Positions 56,180-64,000 of a stretch of DNA of 64,000 nt are shown piece after piece. Source of the stretch: Octopus sinensis (taxonomy: Eukaryota); the NCBI RefSeq assembly GCF_006345805.1, contig NC_043015.1:8246001-8310000 (forward strand), written 5' to 3'. The notes under the pieces are model-generated. The model searched no databases. It saw only the letters and a list, made by a program, of their open reading frames with translations, and was not told the DNA's origin. A program made the position numbers and the translations under genes. How positions within the stretch are numbered: the first letter of the stretch is position 1; the number at the start of each line of letters is the position of its first letter.

Positions 56180-56940
56180 TTAATTTGAAGCAAAAATATT
56201 CTGTACATTTATACTCATTTAAATGTAAAGTGCATAGCGACTCCGCATGCCTAGTCATTCACAAGTACCATCTAATTAACATGAAAATACAATATAAAAC
56301 ATCCTGGGCTATAATAGATTCTGGCATCTCATATCAGGGATCCACAAGTGAACTCACAAATAATAACTGCTTCACATCGTGCCCCATCCCTAAACGAAGT
56401 GCTGGCATCTTATTTTTTATTCTTTTTATTTCTGCTCCTATCCTCCTTGATCTTTTTTATTTTTTATTTTTTATCCCCCATTAAGTTCTTCCTCTTTTCT
56501 TTTATCTAGACGGTTATTCTTTTATAATTTATTCTTATTCTTGTTTTTATTTCTACATTTTATATATTTATCTATATTTTATTATATATATTTAAGTTTT
56601 TTACTCTATCTTTCTGACCAACCCTTGCTACTATCTTGTCACTTACCTTCCTCCTCTCTATCCTCACAGGCTGCCCCATTTCATTCTCTCTCCTCATTAA
56701 CCACTCTTTCCCTTTTTTTCTCTTTCACCTCCTTCACTTTGCTCAAGAACCACATCAAAGTAGCCATCTCAATATGAATACGCCATTCCTATTTCTGCCA
56801 AAATATTATCTGGGTATTTATACTCGAAACACACTACTCATACTTTGCCGCAATACTGCATGGATTTATCTTGGATTTTACTCAAGGACATACGGACTAA
56901 CATCCATACCGACTGAAAAATGAACTGTGAACTTTATTTC
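56180..56940 (+). mobile_element. Very degenerate PLE 3' remnant
   Basis: YHLINMKIQYKTSWAIIDSGISYQGS resembles the GIY-YIG C-terminal 'lk..nIqY.ikWsIi..a.pY' block. It is followed by a pyrimidine-rich tract, as in 7480-7700, and a stem-GAAAC remnant at ~56810-56830. Confidence 0.45.
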
Positions 56941-57212
56941 TTTATTTCGTTACTCTTTACTCTTCAATTTCATTGCGTATATTCTGTGAATTGTCCATGC
57001 CTAGATCAGTGGCATAAAATCGTTTGAAAGAAAAAAAGAGGTGGAGAGACAAGGGTAACGAAAGACCCCGTTACCTGCATTCACTATTGGTATTAATAGT
57101 CCAAATGTCTGTGCAGGAGAGAAATCAAATCTCGCTTTCGAAGGACGTGCCAATGACGATGACAAGGAGCAATATACCTGTGCACACACAGACGCGCATA
57201 TAAATATATATA

Positions 57213-57270
<58 letters not shown>

Positions 57271-57286
57271 TTATATTTATATATTA

Positions 57287-57571
57287 CTAGCAGTATCGCC
57301 CGGCGTGGCTCGGGTTTGTAAGGGAAATTACTATATAAGCATTTTAGAGAGTTATATCCAAAAAACAGCAAAAAGATGCATTAAAATGGGAAGAAAAATG
57401 GTGGTAGATTTTTTTTAAAATCTTAGACACGCGCTAATACCCAGAAGGGCTCGGTATGAATCACGACTATAAGATACCCGGTTTTGGTTAAACTGCACCG
57501 CAAAATGTGGGAGTAGTTAGGAATCTAAATCGTATGAGACAGACACACAACTTGACTTTTATATATAAAGA
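57287..57571 (-). mobile_element. Non-autonomous Helitron-like element
   Basis: On the minus strand it has 5' TC and 3' CTAG, sits between A and T, and has a GC-rich hairpin (cccg...cggg, 57299-57314) about 8 nt from the CTAG end. No TSD. Confidence 0.75.
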
Positions 57572-58438
57572 TTTATATATATATATATATATATATATAC
57601 AGAGAGAGAGAGAGAGAGAGAAGGAGAGAAAAATACAGACAGAGTGGTAGGGAAAGAGAAAAAGAATGAGAATATAAAGGATTATGCTAGTAGATGTACG
57701 TTATGTAGTGCATTGCTATATTCCTTTCATTTACGTAATTTGTTCGGTGTTTGTAACCATATCAGCTACCGTTTCCTTTCATCGTATGTGATTATTATTA
57801 AATGTATGAAACATCAGGCCATTATATTCATCTAACGGTGCTTATGGATCCAATATGACAGAAAATTTTAGTATCAATTACTCTGAGAAATTGCCAGAAT
57901 TTAAAAGCATTACAAGATTTTAGTTAAAAAAAAATGTGCGTCATCATTAATGCAGTTTTGTCCGTTAAAAATCTTACTTTGATGGTATGTTTTGTTTTCA
58001 CGATTTCCCTGCTAATGTGAAAAGAAAATTACGTAAATTTCTCTAGAAAGAGAACATTTTGTATGGCAACACGTTATCTGTTAACACCTTTTAAGAAACA
58101 AAGTTGGTAATATCATTATCTTTGCTGAAGTCGTTTATATTATTACATTAATATCTTCCAATTTTTGCGTTGTACTTCAATTTTACTGGATTTAGTCAGT
58201 GGACTACGTCTCGTCTTGGTTTTTTTTTTCTTCAAGGACTGTAATCGACCATATCTATCGTTCGAGTTATTTTGTTATAGGATAAATATTTGGCTAAATT
58301 CATAATCTGAGATGGTTAATGCAAATACAAAACACTAGATTAGCACACTTAAAAATATCCATATACACACACATACATATATATACACACACACGCACAC
58401 ATATACACACATATACATACATACATACATACACACAA

Positions 58439-58478
<40 letters not shown>

Positions 58479-58764
58479 ATGTATATACATACAGACATAC
58501 ATACATAGTTATAGATTCCTATATATATATATATATATATATTAATAACACAAATAGCGTTTATATCTGAGTAACACGAAGGAGCAACCTCACTGTCGGA
58601 TCTTCGGTGAAAATTAGATTTAAACCGAATTAGATTTAGTATGTCTGTATTTACAGTGTCCTACAAACACATAATTTCTTCAACGTTATTCACTTCAGTG
58701 TCAGCTCTATGTTAACGTATCTAGCCATATTACGGCTTCGTACATATTGATGCATTTAGAATCT

Positions 58765-59335
58765 AGAGTGTTATTATCGTCATCGTCACCGGCGCCATCC
58801 TTGTTCGAGTTTGGGTTATCTGGTGCCGCCATGATGCTTAAATCTGACATGACGCAGCAGGCCAAGTCGGGAATGGAACAATGACGGACCACCCTGATCG
58901 CATAGCTGGAAGGGTGGTTGTGTTGGCTGGAGATGCCGCGCTTTGTGGCCATCTTGTTGTTTCTTCAGTATTTGTCCCTCCTCGAAAGTGGAACAGACGA
59001 GCTGGATTGCTCTTCGCAAGGATAGAATGTCGGCGGCTTCTGTCTCTCAGATAACAGAGCCGATGCCAGCTAGAAAGAGGGGAGACATTAGTTGGTCTTT
59101 GGTCTTTGAATTTGGGTCTTGGGGCTCCTCATTGTCGTTTGCAATTGACTATCTCAGTGAAGAGGATCGTCTGTGGGAGTCTTGAATGAAAAGCTATTCG
59201 AATGCCATATCCTGGCATCAAATAGCTTCATCTACAGCAGATCAATAGCCGGCAATGAGGCCCAAATGCAAACTTTCCACAGATGATCGCTGGACAAGAT
59301 CAGGCAACGTCTTCCTTCGATGGAAAGCCGACGAT
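58765..59335 (-). mobile_element. RTE/BovB-like LINE 3' fragment
   Basis: Minus frames read RLPQTILFTEIVNCKRQ*GAPRPKFKDQ, RRAIQLVCSTFEE and LCDQ...FHSRLGLLRHVR, ending in a (GAT/GAC)n-like tail. Confidence 0.87.
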
Positions 59336-60814
59336 ACATATGTATGTACTTATGTATACATGAATGCATGTATTCATCTACACACACACATACACACACA
59401 CACAGACATATTCACCTATATATATGTGGTATACGTATGAAACTATAAATCTCTCTATGGATATTGTTTTGTGTGTACTTGCATTCATTTGAACTTATTA
59501 TTTTCCAGAGGCTGTTTCTTTAGCACACCAGCTGAATTATTAATCTAAAGTGAATTATCAACTTAATATTCCAAGTATTATATCTAATCTAAAGTCCTCG
59601 GTCTGCTTTCGTGTTTTTTTTTTTTTTTTGGTTGCAAACTAGCAAGTTCTGTAATTTATTACATCTTCTCTCTTAGTGCAGAGCATACAAGTAACGTCAA
59701 AGATTTGATTGTGTATATCTTAAACGTGATTATTGTTGACTGTCGTAATATCAAGTTACTTTAAATGAGAACATCGTTTACAACACTGCACCATGTTAGA
59801 GCTTAGTTAAGCGAAGCTTTCACAGGTGGGACACATTGTGAAATACTTTATGCTATGTAGTTTAATGATTCTTGCGTCTATTTTTACCGCGTCATGGAGC
59901 AACATCCGTCTTTATAATATAATGGACGACGCCAATTGATAACACTTGAGTTCAGTTAACATGAAATGTCTCTTGGCTAGTTAACAAAAATCAATACGAT
60001 TATAGATAAATCTCTATTCGCTGTGCCAATACGCAAAGAAGCATAATGAATCCAAATATAATGAAAATAAATCGCTGCGCATATAACAGGAAACTTCTAA
60101 ATAATTCGGTATATAATACTAACACGTCTCTTTATTAAATTACCGAGGAAACATTTGAAGTTGTACTTTGTATTAGAGTTAGAAGTTCAAGAAACTGCTG
60201 GAACATGATGTTTTTTAATATATCAGCGAATCTTTTGTCTAGGCGTGTACCATAAAACAACTCACACAGGCACAATTGAAACATAATTAACTGCCAAAGA
60301 CTATAATATAAAAAAGTACCATATTCCAAATAATCTACACAGCAAGCAGAGTTAACAAAAAAGGAAGGAAGCAAACAAAATATGAGTCCAAATGCAAAGC
60401 AATACTGATATAGCAAAACACAGCCCTCCTTCCCCAAAACATATAGGAGATTGCAGTTGGGAACAGTAACGTGCACAAGCCGGTGCAGGGGTATCACGCA
60501 CAAGTATTTTGAACACAAGGGAAACTGCTAATTGTTCCTTTGTATATTATATGCTTAGGGGACAACAGCAAAACTGCAATGATAACGATACTTACAATTA
60601 CATTCAAGAGGATATCATGAGACGAATATCCACATCAATATCAGTAATACGAGTAATAACAACATCAAGCATAAATTTTAGTACTAGGATAGTATATCCA
60701 GGATTAGGACTAAAGTCGATTTTGTCGAAGTTCTACCTAGGTTTCCCTAAAACCAGAGTGACAATGGATCACATACCATATATAGAATACTTCAAAGTGC
60801 AACCGAATGTAAAA

Positions 60815-60849
<35 letters not shown>

Positions 60850-60854
60850 CCAAT

Positions 60855-61025
60855 GAACTCAAGTTATTTCTTCATTCTTTCTGTACTTCCTTTTATTCAT
60901 TTCTCTCGAAGAGCATTTGCTCGAAACGTAAAAGACATTTCCATCTTTTCCGAGCATCAAACCAATACACTTGGTTGTTGTTCCTATACCTATTTTAGTT
61001 TATGCTTTTCTATAAATTTGAGCTA
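60855..61025 (+). mobile_element. PLE terminus with degenerate hammerhead motif
   Basis: gaa-GAGC-attt-GCTC-GAAAC-GTA-aaaga at 60908-60935, followed by ccgagc.tc.aa..aatac as at 7987-8000. Ends at (TA)n. Confidence 0.7.
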
Positions 61026-61159
61026 TATATATATATATATATACTACAGACATTGGATTCTCTTATTCTAGCATTACAAATGCTAACAAGTATATTGTTA
61101 TGCAGTTTGGTCTAAATATATTTTCTTATTTTGCCGCTAGACCAGTGATGTTTAGAGAA

Positions 61160-61330
61160 GCAGTCGAATATATGGACTCCATTGCACGACAGGAATTTTA
61201 ACTTATCGACTCTGAAAGAACGAAAGGCAATGACGACCTCCGCAGAATTTGAAATCAAAATTTAAAATGCCGGAAGAAATGCAATTAAATTTTTGCCCAA
61301 TATGCTAAAGATTCTGTTAGCTCGCCATCA
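61160..61330 (-). mobile_element. Degenerate SINE family C
   Basis: The reverse complement starts gatggcgagctaacagaatctttagcata and contains gcctttcgttctttcagagtcgataag. Confidence 0.7.
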
Positions 61331-64000
61331 TAATTCGAGGCAAAAACGTCTGAAATCTTCATTTAGGAGAGTAATGAATTTCATGGTGTAAAAGTTCAAG
61401 ATGATATCACTTCATTGCTAAAGACTAGGGACGTTGCTTAACGATAATGTAATGGAGGAAAAAGGGAGAGCGATTATCAACTGTGCAAAAGGTACACGTG
61501 GAGGATAAGTAAGTTACACAAGACATAACTTAATCTACTGTAAGATGTGAGTACAATCAATTCATGGTCCAGACCGGTGTTTACATATACTATTTCTTTT
61601 CTAAAGAGAATAAACATAACACATTGGAATTAGAAAATAAAGAGGTTGGCAGAACAAGGTAAAACACACAAAAGATCGCCACCTGGACTGTGATATTAAA
61701 ATTGAAAATTAAATGAGCGAATTGTCGAAAGAACACTAGCTTCAGCCAGTAATAGTCACAGTCTAAGTGAAACAATAAAACAATTCAGCAATAGAAATAC
61801 GAATGACAAAATAGATAACTTGGAAGGGCAAGAATGACATGCAAAATCATATAACAGTAAAAAATCGGCTTCCATCTTATAAGTTCTAAGTCGCGTTTGT
61901 ATATCAGAAATGTGTAGCCTTTCTAGCTACACAGTTTCATTAGCAATTTTGTTATCCGATAGTATAAGATGGCCTACTGCTATTGCACAGCATTATAAGA
62001 ATATTCTAGCCCGTTTTGCAGCAAATGCTTTTCGCTAACATACATGTAGTAACACAGCGCCCGATTTTTAACAGTAGTCTTACATATTCAAGTTCATTAA
62101 ATGTTATTAAGTCATTTTGCCGTGGTTAACTTGATACTGTGCTATAGATCGGGGAATACATACGTGTCTCAACGCATGATTCAACTGGAGAATCTCATCC
62201 ATGTGTAAAGCATGTGAATTATAAAGTACATTTTGTTTCGTTGGATGTAGAAGACAACGTTCCATACAGTGTATGAGAACACCTGATTTAAAGAGATATA
62301 ATTGCATTACATATTTCTTTGTCCAAATTGGAGAAAATATCGGATGTTTATATCAAAATGACTCATGGATGTGCCGTCAAACGTGTGTGATATACAAGAA
62401 GCTGGTTATGTTCTGGCTGCGTACTGTGTTTGTGAACGTGTGTCGAGACCTGTACATCGTTTTTGTTGCCGTCGTTAGTAAGAAACTGATAATAGATTGT
62501 AATTTATATCTAACAGATATATAATAACTATAGCATATATATATATATATATGTTATATACCACTACTACATGAACCTGAAGATTGCAGAATTTAATGCA
62601 TGAATGTACTATTTCAATCAGAATGAACATTTAACATTCTATTATTTTATTTTATTATATTATATTATATTATCTTATATCATTATAAGATTGTAAACAA
62701 AACGTGAAAATCAGACAAGGTTGGGATTCCTTTTATTAATATATTCTTCTATACACAATCACACACACCCGTATATATATATATATATATATATATAACA
62801 AATATGTTATTTCGTTTGAATATTATTATATTTTTTTAATATTTTATAGTTTTGTGTGTTATGTTTGGAAATGTCGTTGTACTATTAGGGGCCCAAGTCG
62901 TTGTTTAGTCGATATCATGTAAAATATGTCAGCAGCAGAAAATTATATGCTGAACATGCTTTTCTCACTAAATATCGTAGAATAAAAGTGTAAGTGACAA
63001 TCAGTGCTTCATATAAAAAGAAAACGTGGAAATAGATAATTAGCCTCATACTGAGTGTCGTAACAAAATGTAACACATAAACTCGAATCACAATTTCACG
63101 CGTTTTACCAGTGCAAGGAATAGCAACACCAACGCCTCCGGGAACAATAACGGAATCAAAACAGATGCAATCAAACATCTATAATATCAATATCTTTATT
63201 TTTCTCGCACAGGCACTAGGTTTTATATTTTGGAATACTACGGACTGTTTTGTTTTCTCTCAGCTTATTGACTATAGACGGATGCAATGGGGAGAGTTTC
63301 ACTCCGAGTAGTGAAGAGTACGAAGAATTTTGTTCGAAGCTTTAAAGATTATGTCACTCTAGCATATTTACACGGCTTTTAATATAGGCACTATGGCAGA
63401 AATAATTTCGGCACGAATTACATCAAATCTTTTGACTCTGGGTCTTGATAAATGTTTTAGTATTTACGAGACTGTATGGATAAAAATCAAAGTGGAGCAT
63501 GGTGGCATTTGAATTAGAATCCAAATTCCAGGAACAAATACCTCAAGGCAAAAGCTTTAAGATTTATGCTTATTCAATACTGCGACAGCAGCAACAAATA
63601 TATCGCCACCACCGGCAGCGGCAACAGTAATATGAATATAAGGATGACAATAACAATATGAATATAAGGAAAGATATTAATCATATCGATATTCATAACG
63701 GAATGAAATGCTGCTGGGCGCCACAGTAATTCAAAGCATTCATGTGCCGAGAAACCTGCTTAGTAGATCGATACGTGGATGTCAGAACAAGACAGAATGA
63801 GGGACATCCTGTGACCCTAACACATGTTTAAACGAAATAAATTTCTACGACGAATGAACATCGTCAATTATTTGAAGTCAATTTCATACATTATGCATTA
63901 TAATAGTAGTGCTAGTTCCATCTAATTTAAATTGTCCATTATCCTTTCTATAATAATAGAAATACGCATAGGGAGATGAATAAAACAAAAATGTACAATC

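Noticed and set aside
57090-57130. Possible 34-nt minus-strand micro-exon (tctcctgcacag|...gcag|gtaacg) and adjacent small hairpin ggtaacg/cgttacc
   Set aside because: Too short to distinguish from chance.
60135-60856. ORFs of 127 aa (-) and 115 aa (+)
   Set aside because: No recognisable domain; composition is consistent with chance AT-rich ORFs or a heavily decayed element upstream of the PLE terminus.
63260-63345. Exon-like segment LLTIDGCNGESFTPSSEEYEEFCSKL* after a good acceptor
   Set aside because: Short, with no recognisable homology and no linked exons; needs RNA-seq.

Overview
AT-rich eukaryotic, repeat-dense DNA with no intact protein-coding gene, tRNA/rRNA gene or CRISPR array that I can support. 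Nearly all ORFs in the supplied track are artefacts of (TA)n/(CA)n/(GATA)n microsatellites or decayed transposon frames. The very high microsatellite load and three tRNA-derived SINE families look like an octopus (cephalopod) genome; this is recognition by eye, not a database result. Identifiable content: about 19 SINE copies or fragments, several Penelope-like element (PLE) remnants (RT, thumb, GIY-YIG), four RTE-type LINE 3' fragments, two Tc1/mariner remnants, one non-autonomous Helitron-like element and a hairpin MITE-like element. Two themes stand out. (1) PLE termini carry a minimal type I hammerhead-ribozyme motif, with an intact core at 7931-7965 and decayed copies elsewhere, and they directly abut (TA)n tracts. 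(2) Fold-back or inverted duplications recur across unrelated element classes, including a 2.6-kb Penelope palindrome and a near-perfect 323-bp palindrome with a 2-nt loop. Coordinates and identities are hand-derived and approximate unless stated to be exact.
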